From Sphyrna mokarran (lineage: Eukaryota): DNA of 64,000 bases. Position numbers and translations under genes: made by a program. Of this stretch, positions 37,355 to 49,811 are shown piece after piece. A model generated the notes under the pieces. The model saw nothing but the letters and a program-made list of their open reading frames with translations, ran no database searches and was not told the origin of the DNA. The stretch is from NCBI GenBank assembly GCA_024679065.1, contig JAGIQG010000021.1:34100001-34164000 (forward strand), given 5' to 3'. Each line of letters starts with the position of its first letter. The stretch's first letter is position 1.

Positions 37355-38519
37355 GAAGGAATGGCGATATATTTCCGTCAGGATAGTGAGTGAATTGGAG
37401 GGAATCTTCCAGGTGCTGGTGTTCCCAGGAATCTGCTGCCCTTCTCCTTCTAGATTGTTACGGGTTTGGAAAATGCTTGGAAGGAACCTTGAGGAGTTGG
37501 ATCTTGTAGATGGTACACTGCTGCCACTGGGTGTCAGTGCTGGAGAGAGTGCATGTTTGTGGAAAGGGTAACAATCCAACAGGCTGGTTTATCCAGGTGT
37601 TATTGAAGCTGCACTCATCTGGACAAGTGAAGAGTATTCCCTTATATTCCTGAATTGTGCCTTGTAGATGGTGGACAGGCTTTGGGAATCAGTTAGTGAG
37701 TTACTCACCATACAATTCCTAGTTTCTGACCTGTCTTGTTGCCAGAGTATTTATATGAGCAGTCTGGTTTACTTTCTGGTCAATCCCCGGGATTTGACTA
37801 CTTGTACCTCATTTATTAAAGTTAAAGTGAGAACAAAAGGCAAAAGGTCAACATAGCAGCAAAGTAAAGTGGCCGGGGGGAAAAAAAACTAGTCTACCTG
37901 TAACTTCCTGATAATGACAGCAAAAATAGTGAATCATTGCATGAAAATCCCTGTGTGAGTTCGTACAAAATGGAATGTTTACACATTCATTAAAAGATTG
38001 GATTTTCAACATTATTATTAATGTTAGTGAGGAAAGAAAAGTGACTCAGCTGGAGATGGATGAGGATATTTTGATCAGTTAATAATAACGCCCAAGGTAA
38101 CTTATATAATCTTAAAGTTGAAAGTTTTAAACGGTAATGCTGGTAAAATAATTAATTTATTTGCATGCCCACAGCCGTATAAATGTTGAAGAATGAGAAC
38201 GGTTAATGTGAATAAAATCTTTTCAGGGAAGCAATGAGAATGATTTGGCACTGGAAAATTTTGCATTCGCTGATCTCAAGTTGCAGAACATGTGTTGAGG
38301 CTACTGTTTATCAGTATGAGCAGTCCCAGTGAGGATCAACCCAACTCACTCAGCCTGCTTCCCTCTGGTGAGAGAGTGAATGCAGTGTATCGAGCTGTCT
38401 TGGTATACATGGAGGAAATAAAATGGTGTCGAAGTGAGGTGGCTTCTTGCAAGTTATCCCCAGCAGTACACCTCTAATTCTATCTTTTACTTCCATTCTA
38501 TACTTTTAAAACTTTACTC

Positions 38520-38725
38520 TAACTCCTTAAAACTTTTTAATAATGCTATATTAAGCTGAATTTTCTGTACACCTTAGCTGTGACTATGACATTATAATCA
38601 GCACCTTCTCCTTTCCTTCTCTTCTATACTATGGTATAGTTTATCTGTATAGCGCACAAGAAACACTACTTTTCACTGTATCCCAATACATATGACAATC
38701 GTAAATGAAATGAAATTGAAATGAA
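38520..38725 (+). mobile_element. Rex1/Babar 3' UTR
   Basis: Homologous to 25700-25870; its pentamer tail continues after the CR1 at 39857-39880. Confidence 0.7.
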
Positions 38726-39856
38726 GTCTTGCCCATGGAAGACTTCTACAGAAAATGCAGATGTGTGGAATAGAGGGTGATTTAGCTAATTGGATTAGAA
38801 ATTGGCTGGCAGATAGAAGACAGAGGGTGGTGGTTGATGGGAGATATTCATCGTGGAGTTCGGTGACGAGTGGTGTGCCTCAGGGGTCTGTTTTGGGGCC
38901 CCTGCTGTTTGTAATTTTTATAAATGATCTGGATGAGGGTATTGAGGGATGGATCAGTAAATTTGCAGATGATACTAAAGTTGGTGGTGTGGTAGATAGT
39001 GAAGAGGGGTGTTTTAGTTTACAGAGTGACTTGGACAAGTTGCAGAGCTGGGCCGAGAGGTGGCAAATGGAGTTTAATGTGGAAAAGTGTGAGGTAATGC
39101 ACTTTGGCAGGAACAATAAATGTGTAGAGTATAGGGCTAATGGTAGGGCTCTTAATAGTGTTGAGGAACAGAAGGATCTTGGTGTATGTGTCAATAGATC
39201 CCTGAAAGTAGGCAGTCAAGTGGATAAAGTTGTTAAGAAGGCATATGGAGTCTTAGCTTTTATTGGTAGGGGGATTGAATTTAGGAGCCGCAGCATCATG
39301 TTGCAACTGTACAAAACTCTAGTGCGGCCGCACTTGGAGTATTGTGTGCAGTTCTGGTCGCCACATTATAAGAAAGATGTGGAGGCATTGGAGAGGGTAC
39401 AGAGGAGGTTTACCAGGATGTTGCCTGGTATGGAGGGCAGGTCCTATGAAGAGAGGTTGAAGGATTTGAGGTTGTTTTCGTTAGAAAGGAGGCGGCTAAG
39501 GGGGGATCTTATTGAAACATATAAGATAATTAGAGGTTTGGATAGGGTGGACAGTGATAGCCTTTTTCCTAGGATGGAAAAAGCTAGCACGAGGGGACAC
39601 AACTTTAAATTAAGGGGTATGAGTTATAGGACGGATATCAGAGGTAGGTTCTTTACTCAAAGAGTGATTAGGGAGTGGAATGCCCTGCCTGCAGCTGTTG
39701 TAGATGCGCCAAGTTTGGTGGCGTTTAAGAGGTTAGTTGATAAGTATATGGATGAGAAGGGAATGGTTTAGTTAGGAGGGGCATTGCTTTTTATTTTGGT
39801 CGGCACAACATCGAAGGCCGAAGGGCCTGTTCTGTGCTGTATTGTTCTATGTTCTA
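38726..39856 (+). mobile_element. Young 5'-truncated CR1 LINE with an uninterrupted 338-aa RT C-terminal frame (38755-39771)
   Basis: SGVPQGSVLGPLLF, KFADDTK, WQMEFNVEKC, LVRPHLEYCVQFWSP; TSD tgaaatgaa at 38717-38725 and 39857-39865. Confidence 0.95.
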
Positions 39857-40121
39857 TGAAATGAAATCAAATCAAATCAATGATCTGTCTAATGCAACAG
39901 CAGACACAGAACTGAGAAATGTTGCAACTATCCAGTCCGGAAGGAACAAGATGCTTAAAAGTTCCAGATTACTGTCACTATCACAGCCATTCACAACATT
40001 ATCCTTGCCCTGCTCTGACACTGCAATCTTCAGCTGGGAGCAAGTGAGGACCACTCAGTGAAGCAGACATCTAATATACTGATTCAGGCTTTACAGAGGT
40101 GGCCCCATCTACTTTCTGGAA

Positions 40122-40415
40122 TTTATTTATTTTATTTATTAGTGTCATTGCAGTATGTTAACACTGCAATGAAGTTACTGTGAAAATCCCCTTGTTGCCA
40201 TACTCTGGTACCTGTTCGGGTACACTGAGGGAGAATTTAGCATGGCCTAAGTATCTAACCTGCACATCTTTTGGACTACGAAAGGAAACCGGAGCACCTG
40301 CAGGAAACCCACACAGACACAAGGAGAATGTGCAGACTCCACACAGACAGTGACCCAAGCCAGAATCAAACCCAGGTCCCTGGCATTGTGAGGCAGCAGT
40401 GCTAATCACTGTGCC
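40122..40415 (-). mobile_element. V-SINE
   Basis: V-domain and tRNA-like head. Confidence 0.85.
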
Positions 40416-40848
40416 GTGAGAATGATGCCGGCAACCCTATTTCAACTGGTTAGGGAGGCCCCACCTGGATTTAATGATTCTCAGGCAATCTAAGGGAGAA
40501 GGTCCCATTTCCAAAAGCCTCTGGTCGATCTGTAGGAGGGATGGCAACTCTTCAATACCAGCTGCACCAATCAGAGTGGTGGTCATTGATGGAACTGCAG
40601 CAGGCCCAGACCATGTACCATGGAAGATGCCCAGAATTAAATAAAGTGAGTCTGTGGTGCTACTTAACAACCTCAATTGGTCTCTGGGCAGATAGGCAGT
40701 TTGCCAACTTCTCTCCCATTGGTAAAGTGCCAGGGATGGTGTGAGGGTGCCAGGCACACAACCGCACTCAACCCCCCCCCACTCCCTCCCCCTCAACAGC
40801 CATCCCTCCTGATTTAACAATCCGTCCACCATCCAACCTGTGTCCAAA

Positions 40849-41225
40849 ATGTTCCTTTTTGGTAAACTGGAACCTTTGACCCTAACACAGAACAGCGTGG
40901 ACTGTATGCCAACCACCTACATGATTTCTTTAAGAATAATTAAACTGGGCAGGCAGGAATAAAAACAGCTTGTGGGGCTCTAACTTGTAACTTGATAAGG
41001 AGTCTGACTTCCACAGATGCCCTCAACTCCAAAACCTATGAGCAGCTTGTGCAATTAGTTAAGGAACATTATCATCTGAACTCCTCAGAGATAATACAGT
41101 GATACAAACTAAATTCAGCAACAAAAGCCCCAGGAATGCCAACAGTAGCATTTGTAGCAGACCTAAGACAAACGGTTGATCAGTGCAAGTTTGGGCCTGA
41201 ATGCAACGACATGTTGATAGGCTAC
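40849..41225 (+). mobile_element. Gypsy gag remnant
   Basis: MFLFGKLEPFD..., CGA.T.NLIRSLTS.DA..SKTYEQLVQLVKEHY, VAFVADLRQ...CKFG. Confidence 0.65.
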
Positions 41226-41691
41226 TCCGCAGCCACTGCAGTGTTAATATAAGCCTATTTCTGACATCAAAAAATAAACTTTAAAATCCAAATTCTCATC
41301 TCTAATACTGCTAGATAAATGTGGGCGATGTGAGCCAAAACGATTGTTGGAACATTAACACAAACTTACACCTGGCAACAGGCAGTTAAAATTGACCATC
41401 ATGGCTTTCTTTTCCACAATTATCCTTCAGACCAGCACTGCACCAACATTTCATTCCAAAATGTCAGACTAGTCAAGTTACACATATTGTTCTGCACTTG
41501 CTCTCCTGATAATGATATGCCCTACAGGAGTGTTTCAAATGAATGGTATGAAAATGAGGCCTTAACCTCTACACAGCTCAACACACAGCCTGATAGGCTG
41601 TTTTCAGTAGAAGAATTAGACTTAATGTTCAGTTAAAGGGCTAATGTTCAGTGATGAGTTAATGTTCTGTTAAGAATTAAAGTTCAGTAAA

Positions 41692-42185
41692 AGAACAAAG
41701 AACAAAGAACAAAACAGCACAGGAAACAGGCCTTCGGCCCAACGAGCCTGCGCCGCCACCCCAATGTTCCCACCTCTACCCGTGAACCCTGCCTATGTTT
41801 ATAGATCTATGGATTGAAACCAAATTTGAGACAATTTAGGGAGAATTCGTTCTGCCAATCAGCCTAAGAGCACATCCCCGAGATGTGGGAGTAAATCTGA
41901 GCACCTGGAGAAAACCCACGTAAGCACGGGGAGAATGCGCAAACTCCCACAGACACAGGCCCAAATCCATGCACCTGCATAGCACAGTGACAGTCACTGA
42001 GCTGTCGTGTTGCCCATCAAATGGTCCAGGTCAAGCGTACACTATTAACGTGAAGCACCAGGATACTCTCAAAAAATCCAAGAGCAGCCCTCTCAGACCC
42101 ACCCCGTGTACGCCCCTCCCCGCCAGACAACAAGGCAAACCAAAGTACCTGTAGGATTAAAAACAAGTACATCAATCTTATGGAG
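41692..42185 (-). mobile_element. 3' UTR of the CR1/V-SINE chimeric LINE
   Basis: Reverse-complement homologue of 16620-17095, including the (gttcttt)n tail. Confidence 0.8.
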
Positions 42186-42987
42186 ACATAGGAGTTCAAG
42201 TGTTGTAGCTATTGTAAGATTGAGTTTGGTACCTAAAGTGTTAAATAAAGGGAAGATTGTTAAAAGAATTCGATTTAACTCCTGTCCTTGGTTCGTGAAT
42301 AACAACCTGCAAGAAGACAACATTTTTTAACTGCTGTATGATGAACAATTTTAGGAACTTGATTTCATGGCCTATAAACAGCTCGGGTCGTTTGATCTTA
42401 ATTGCAGACATTTTTGATAATGAGCCAAAGAATAACATGTTTTTCTTTAATATATTCTTCTAGTCAAATGAATAATTCACACTCACTGAAGTATTCTCTG
42501 TGATTTGAGATGCTTGGAGTGTTTCATTTGTCTGGGAACGTGAAAACCTATTTATATGGATCAAGTCATTTATTTCTATGTGTTAAAGCGTTCAATTTTG
42601 GTAACTTCAAAAACCTACCACTGTGTTGGTTAGCACGTCCCAGCAGTCTGTTAAAAGGCAGTGAACTGATAAACTGTTCTTTTTATTCTGGAATTGAGAA
42701 ATAAATTCCAAAGACCCTGCACCTTTGCTGGTTTATATTCCACCAGGCAATAACTGGTGATCAGGTCATGTCATTCAATGTGACAAAACTTAAGTGACTC
42801 AACCCTGAAGCTTCAGTTGCTAAAATCAATGCATGACAGAGCAAAACTGAAAATGAGCCCCACATTTGCAAATGACAGTGGTGTAACAGGGAAGGATGTC
42901 CACTGTTGCTTTGCTAAGCCATTGAACCAATTCCAAAATCTGGGAGATGGGATATTAATCATCTGCATGACATCAAGCTCATCATGA

Positions 42988-43264
42988 GGCAGCACAGTGG
43001 TTAGCACTGCTGCCGCACAGCGACAGGAATTCCCGACTTGGGTCACTGTCTGTTCGGAGTATGCATATTCTCCCTGTGTCTGCGTGGGTTTCCTCTGGGT
43101 GCTCCGGTTTCCTCCCACAATTCGAAAGACATGCTGGTGAGGTGCATTGGCCGTGCTAAATTCTCCCTCAGTGTACCCAAACAGATTGGAGTGTGGTGAC
43201 CAGGGAATTTTCACAGGAACTCTATTGCAGTGTTAATGTAAGCCTACTTGTGACACTAATAAAT
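42988..43264 (+). mobile_element. V-SINE
   Basis: ggcagcacagtggttagcactgctgcc head, V-domain, gtgacactaataaa tail. Confidence 0.85.
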
Positions 43265-43574
43265 GAATCTGAGCCTTTCATGCTCATAGAGGTTCAGCAG
43301 AGGCACCTGCTCTACTGTGCCAGTGCAGGGGCCTGAAGAAAGAGTTCAAAACTCCAGATGGTCAAATATTCAAGTGAATTAAAAAAAATTATTTCCCTGC
43401 AAAAAAAGGTGAAACAATTGTCAAAAGGTCATTGATCCATCTTCCACTCTTACTTTTAGCATCAGCTCTGGCTCACTGCTATTTGTCTGAAATTGTGGGT
43501 TTAGGTCCCGTTCAAGATTTGAGAGCGCTGAGCGAGACCTGCATTGTCGGAGGTTCTGTTCTTCATGTTAAATT

Positions 43575-44275
43575 GAAGGTTGGGAGGGTGAGTTGTGAAG
43601 GACATGCAGAGATCCATTCATGTGATTTGGACAAGTTAAGTGAGTGGGCAAATAAGCGCAGATGCAGTATCATGTGGATAAATGCAAGGTTAACCATTTT
43701 GGCAATAGGAGTAGCAAGGTAGTTTATAAACTGAATGGCCATAAATTAAACAGGGGAATGTGCAACGAGATCTGACGGTAAACATGCAGGTGCAGCAGGC
43801 ACTTAAAAATGGTATGTTGGCCTTCACAGCGAGAGGATTCGCGTACAGGCACAGGGATGTCTTAAAGCATTTATACAGCATCTTAGTGAGGCCACACCTG
43901 GAATATTGTGTGCTGTTTTGGTTTCCTTATCTGAGGAGGATGTTCTTGCTCCTCAGAGAGTGCAGAGAAGGCTTACCAGACTGATTCTTGAGACAGCAGG
44001 ATTGATATATGATGACAGACTGAGTTGGAATGTAATAGGTTAGGAATGTAATTGCTGGACTTCAGAAGAATGAATGTGGATCTCACAGGAATCCACAAAA
44101 TCCTAACAGGAATAGACAGGGTAGATGCATGAAGGATATTCCCGATGGTAGGGGTGTCCAGGGCAGGGGTCACAGTCTGAGCATACAGGGTAAATGGTTA
44201 GGACAGAGATGAGGAGTAATTCAGTCACCTGGAGAGTGGTCAGCCTGTGAAGTTTGCTACCACAGAAAGTAGTTA
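43575..44275 (+). mobile_element. Decayed CR1 fragment, followed by a minus-strand CR1 3' end at 44275-44500
   Basis: DLDKLSEWA and LYSILVRPHLEYCVLFW. Confidence 0.85.
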
Positions 44276-44514
44276 GAACGTAGAACATAGAAAAACTACA
44301 GCACAACAGGCCCTTCGGCCCCACAAGTTGAGCCGAACATGTCCCTGCCTAGTAGGCTTACCTATAACCCTCTATGTTGGATAAATACTTATCCAAAAGT
44401 CTCTTAAAAAACCCTATCGAATTCACCCCCACCACCACTGCCAGCAGCGATTCCACGCACCCACTGCCCTCTGAGTGAAAAACTTATCTCCGACATTTCC
44501 ATGCGGTTCACCTC

Positions 44515-44720
44515 AAGTTGTGATCTCTTTGCAGAACACCTTTGTTCAGTCCGTAAGTACGACCGCAACCTATCACCTGCCGTTTTGATTCACCATTATG
44601 TTTTCATGCTCACATTTTCATCCTTGGTTTGCTGCAACATCCCAGGTAAGCCCAATACAAACAGGAGGAACAGCCCCTCATCTTCCAATTCGACCCTTTC
44701 CAGCATTCTGGACTTAGCTT
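44515..44720 (+). pseudogene. Penelope-like element GIY-YIG endonuclease C-terminal remnant
   Basis: DLFAEHLCSVRK...ISILGLL...KQEEQPLIF...QHSGL resembles the PLE motif DRFAEHLRS...RKLEEQHLIFRLGTLQPxGLN, across frameshifts. Confidence 0.6.
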
Positions 44721-44894
44721 TCAAATCATGAACTCTGTCCTGCATTTTGATCATTTAAAATGTCTCTCCTACATTCACCCCCCTCCTCAATCCCCCACCC
44801 CGCCTTCTCTACACACGTAGAGCCACTTAGCTTTCAGAGTACTAACCCTTGCTCTGCTGACTGAACTTTATGCCATTATTAGCAGTTTTCTTAA

Positions 44895-45022
44895 TCTTTA
44901 TTTGGAATTACAAGCTTCCAGAGCACTGGTCCTTCAGAAGGACTCATGCAGTGCTCTGAAAGCTCATGATTCCAAATAAACCTGTTGGACTTTAACCTGG
45001 TGTTGTGAGACTTCTTACCATT
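44895..45022 (+). mobile_element. Fold-back Penelope-like pLTR (family A), hammerhead 5' core lost at the inversion junction
   Basis: tttatttggaatta.aagctt.cagagcactg is inverted against cagtgctctgaaagctcatgattccaaataaa; followed by cctgttggactttaacctggtgttgtgagac. Confidence 0.7.
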
Positions 45023-46494
45023 CCCACTGGTAGAATAGTAAATTTCACAGAATGTTGCCTGGAATAAGTCGAAATTCTGCACCAGGAACCCCAAATTTGT
45101 CACAATGACCATACCAGCCAATCTGAATGGAGTGAAGACACAAGAGAGTGAAAACACAGAGTGTTGGGTAATCCATTTGACATTGAAATCTCCCTGTGAA
45201 AGGGCAGTCAAAACCTGAGTGTGTTGCTAAACGTGTGAGAAAATTCAATCTTGTCAATCAGAGAGGTGAGGTTGATGCAGCAGCTGGAAGTGGACGTCAT
45301 GAACACAGCAAATGTAAGAGAGCAGAAGTTGGCAAATTCAGCCCTTCAAGTCTGCTCCGCCATTGAATCAGATCTTGGCTGATCCCTCCCTGGTCTCAGA
45401 TCTACTTCCCCACTTGCTCCCACATCTCTTTAACCCATTCTTTATCAGAGAGGGAGATTCTGCTATTGAGTTTGTCCACCATATCACAGGGAGAACATTC
45501 TAGAACATTTCGACAAGACGGCATCCTCTCCAGCAAGGCTGCCTATCCTGATGTTGAAGCAACTCCGCCAAAGTGGTTCAAGGCAGCTGAGCAGAGAGCG
45601 TTCTCATTTTCAGATGATTTGCTTCTAAACAATCGCGCCCACATCTTAAACAATTACACACTATAAGACATCTTTAACCGAGATGAATTGGGATTGTTTA
45701 CCTTCTGTGTGAAGGGAAACATGCAATGGTGGAAAATGGAACAAGAAACATGCCACTGTGACAGTCTATGCCAAGATGTATGCCAAAACATTGAAAGTTT
45801 TCAAGAGGCCATTAGATATAGCATTTGAGGCGAAAGGGATCAAAGGATATGGGGAGGAAGGGGGGATCGGGTACTGAGATTGATGATCAGCCATGATCAT
45901 TCTGAATGGTGCAGCAGGCTCATATTGTTCATGTTTCTCAGATTCCTAATTTTGGACTCAATTCTGTGCACTATTTGGAAAGTTCTCCCTGTATTCTGGC
46001 TAATTTTTTTCCTTTAAACAATAGATTGCCTGGCCATAATCTCAGTGCTCTTTGTGGCTGCCGTGCTTCCTGCATGACAACTATAATGACACTCCACTTT
46101 GTTGGCTACTCAGAAATTTGAAAATTTTCAACCTGAGGTTGAAAAGTTGCTTTATAAATGCCAATTCTTTTATCATTTTCAGGCCCCTCTGTCCATCCAA
46201 AGGCATGGAGATTGCTCAGTCTAGGGTAGTTAATACTTGCTGGAGAAAGAAATTAGATTATTAAAAGAAATGAATAGATAATTCTAATGGATCAGCAATT
46301 CTCCTTTTCTTCAAGTAATGTTCCATATTGCTATTAGTTATTAATCAGATCATCTTAGAACTTTGACAATTTTAAGGGAGATACTTCTGGATCCACCTTG
46401 TTAAAAAAATTATCAATCCTTTTTTGGAGTTACAAAGCCAATGTGCAGAGTGGACGCAGCAAATCCCTAATCCATCTCCTTGCTTGCTTCGAAA

Positions 46495-46625
46495 AAACAA
46501 TTCAAATTCAAATTGAATTCAATTCACCATTAGAGAGGCATAAAGATCCAAGCTGATAAGAATGTCTGATTCTTATGTCTTATGTCTGATTCTATACTTT
46601 ATCTTAGCCAAAAGGCTAGGTCTGC
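46495..46625 (-). mobile_element. Second, decayed copy of the U2-segment retroposon
   Basis: atcttagccaaaaggc at 46601-46616, gatccaagctgataaga at 46545-46561, and a (aattc)n-like tail in the same order as 36610-36852. Confidence 0.6.
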
Positions 46626-46652
46626 ATTTGGGTATAATGAATATCATCATTA

Positions 46653-46803
46653 AAAGTTAAACAAAAAGTAAATTTATTAGTCACAAGTAAGGCTTACATT
46701 AACACTTATTGAAGTTATTGTGAAACTCCCCAAGTTGCATTCGGGCGAATGCACCTAACCAGCATGTCTTTCAAACTGTGGGAGGAAACCGGAGCACCCG
46801 GAA
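46653..46803 (-). mobile_element. Truncated V-SINE
   Basis: tttattagtcacaagtaaggcttac tail and V-domain. Confidence 0.7.
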
Positions 46804-47839
46804 GTGATGCCCACAGCCCATGGAAACAAAATTATCAATTCTAACTAAAGTGTGTTTTTGCAGAAATATTCAATCTATACCCCGAACACCATTTATCCTA
46901 ATCTGGTCCTGTATCTTGATAGATAAAAATACTGGCGCATTATCAAATTTACGAGTTAAATTATCAGGATCTGTATCCAGGAACAATGCAGTTAACAAAA
47001 TTATAACCCATTCAGTGGTTGATTTAAACCTGCCCAAATTGATGCTGTTAACTTTTAAAAGGTGGCCATGAATCATTAGCCAATGTAAACTTGCCAGTTT
47101 TGGGACATTCAAAATGCCTGCATTAATATACAAATCATGGTTCTATTATGTACCAAGCCCGATGATTATTATTTCAAGACAGAACTGATCGGGGCATGTG
47201 CCGTGTACTCTCCAACTAATTCCACTGGCATTAGAACTGAAGAGGTTTTGGAAAGGTAACTGTGCCACTGAGCCAAGACATTCCATTCTTTTTATACATG
47301 CAGTACTTCACCATATCATTAAAAAGATGCAGTTCAAATAATTTGATAGATGAGTTGGAACAAAATTGCTTCAATCGGAAGTAATCACAGAAATAAATAT
47401 TTCTAACATTCATTTCATTAAGTTGACTTAAACCTCACTGAGATTGATATTATGGAATATAAACTAATTATTCCTAGGTGGGATACTGGACACAGTACAA
47501 ACTGGGGGTTAATCTATTCCAGTGAAGACTTTGAGGAAGTTGCATTGAGCAGTCATTACGGTTAGGCAGATATTAACATTGCAGCCTGGAACACACTCAT
47601 GTATAGTTCAGCAAGGGTATATGCGGAGTTTGTTTGTTGCAATTTTTCTTGGATAGTGAGCTATCTGAAAAGTCATTCAAAATGTTTAGCACAAATCAAA
47701 GAGACAAGGCATTCACTGATTTGAAAAGAGGAACAGAGCGATGTAAGAACAGGCATGGGCCATTTAGCCCATCGAGTCTGCTCTACTATTCAAGACAATC
47801 ATGGCTGATTATCTACTTCAATGCCTTTTTCCTCATATT

Positions 47840-48077
47840 AAGTTCTCCCTGTGCCTCCACCTTTGGGTGCTCCGCTGTCCTCCCACAGTTCAAAGATGTG
47901 CAGGTTATGTTGATTAGCCATTCTAAATTGCCCCTTAGTGTCTAAAGATTTATAGGTTAGGTGGATTAGACATACTAAATGAGCAGGGTTACAGAGCCTG
48001 GACAGAAAGCTTTTTCGGAGAATTAGTATAGATTCAGTGGGCCAGACGACCTCTTTCTACCCTATGCAATTCTATGG
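47840..48077 (+). mobile_element. HE1-like SINE 3' part
   Basis: gggtgctcc..tcctcccacagt.caaagatgtgcaggtta. Confidence 0.65.
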
Positions 48078-48089
48078 TAAAATGTAATT

Positions 48090-48600
48090 GTCCCCCTTGT
48101 ACTACACCCCCCCAACCAGACAGAATATCTTATCTGTGCCTACGTTGTCTATTCCTTTCAGTATTTTGTAGGTATCAATGAGATTACCTTTCATTCTTTG
48201 AAACGCTAAGGAGTACGGGACTAGTTTCACCAATCTGTTTTCATAGGACAGTCCTGTCATCCCCCAAAATAAGTCTGGTGAATCTTCATTGCACTCACTG
48301 TATGCTTTCTGAGGTAAGAGACCAAAATTGCACACAGTACTCCATGTGGGTCTAACCAAGCTCCTGTACAATTGAAGCAAGACTTTGCTACTCTTGTACT
48401 CAAATTCTCCCGTAATAACGTATAACAAATCACTGACCTTGCAGCATCTGCAGGTTAGCCTTCAGTAAATATCCAGGTCCCTTAGTGCTTCTAACCTTTC
48501 TAATTCCTTTACCATTCAAGAAGATCTCTCCATTTCTGTTCCTCACATTTTTCCATTTCATATTCCATCGGCCATGTTCTTGCCCATTTATTTTACATGG
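48090..48600 (-). mobile_element. CR1 fragment
   Basis: EYKSSKVLLQLYRSLVRP...MKGNLIDTYKILKGID. Confidence 0.8.
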
Positions 48601-49304
48601 CTGGAGTGGGCATGTGTCCGACCCACTCGAGATCCTGCAGCTGGTGTGGTTTGCTCATCTCTGGAAGGAAAGCATAACATGAGTGAATTCAAATTTTACA
48701 AGCTAGGTGGCCTGCAGAGATAATGGAGAGACGCTGCATGTTGCCATCTGCATTGAAGCTTCATTAACCACTTCGATTGGGACTGCCCACTCTCTGATAA
48801 GAGGAACCAGTGAACTCTCCCCTATACGTGGCACCTGGGACCTAGCTTCATCTTACACCCCCCATCTCACCTTTGATACAGGAGTGACCTGGCTGCTGAT
48901 AAGCCAACTCCAGGGCATAACCCATGTCAGGACTAACAGACTGCAGATGCCCTCATTGGTTCAGTGGTTCCCTGCAGAATTATGACTTGCTTTTTCCCAT
49001 AGGAAACAATAGAAAGGTTCATTAATGTTCCATCTTGCTTGAGGATGAACTTAGATGCATCCCCCCCCCCCCCCCCCCCCCCCCCCTCGCTCCCACATGG
49101 CCATTTAACAGATCACTTTACTGTGACACCTCTCCCTGCAATGCATTGTGGCCCATTGTGCTGATATTCTAGCCTTGGCAGGGCAAGCTACTGTGCCAGT
49201 TTGCAGACACACTCAGATCGCTGAGCACACAATGGAATGGACACCCAACTGCATCTCCCTGTACAGGTCCATGCTATCTCTACACTGACCCTTGCTGACC
49301 ACAG

Positions 49305-49655
49305 AGGATCTCATTGAAGTAAATAGGATTCTTAAGGGGCTTGACAGGGTAAACGCTGAGAGGGTGATTCCCCTCTTGGGAGGACCCAGGACCATAGTTT
49401 CAAAATAGAGGTGAGGAGGAATTTCTTCTCTGAGTGTTGTGAGTCTTTGGAACTCCTTGCAGAGAGCTGGGGGAGCAGAGTCCTTGTGTATATTTAAAGC
49501 TGAAATAGATGTTTGATCAGTAAGGGAATCAAGTGTTATAGGGAAAGGGCTGAAACTGAACATGAACAATGTTGGATCAGCCGAATCCCATTGAAAAGGG
49601 GAGCAGCTCAAAGTACCAAATAGCCTACACTTATTCCTATTTCTTATGGTCTTAT
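49305..49655 (+). mobile_element. CR1 3' end
   Basis: gatctcattgaa..aggattcttaaggggcttgacagggta...ctatttcttatggtctta. Confidence 0.75.
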
Positions 49656-49811
49656 TGAACTATCACACTTCCAAACAGAATGTAAATTTTTGTAATATTA
49701 TCTCTACAAGTTCTTTTACAACAAGACTATTAATTAACCTTTTTCATGACAGAATACTAGATCTAACATAGCTCTCTCAAACATATTGATCTAGAAAACC
49801 ATTCCTAATGC

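Noticed and set aside
38755-39771. 338-aa ORF as a host gene or domesticated RT
   Set aside because: 5'-truncated CR1 ORF2 with its own tail and TSD; lacks the endonuclease and RT N-terminus
49060-49086. Long poly-C run
   Set aside because: Simple homopolymer whose length is unreliable in assemblies; no further structure
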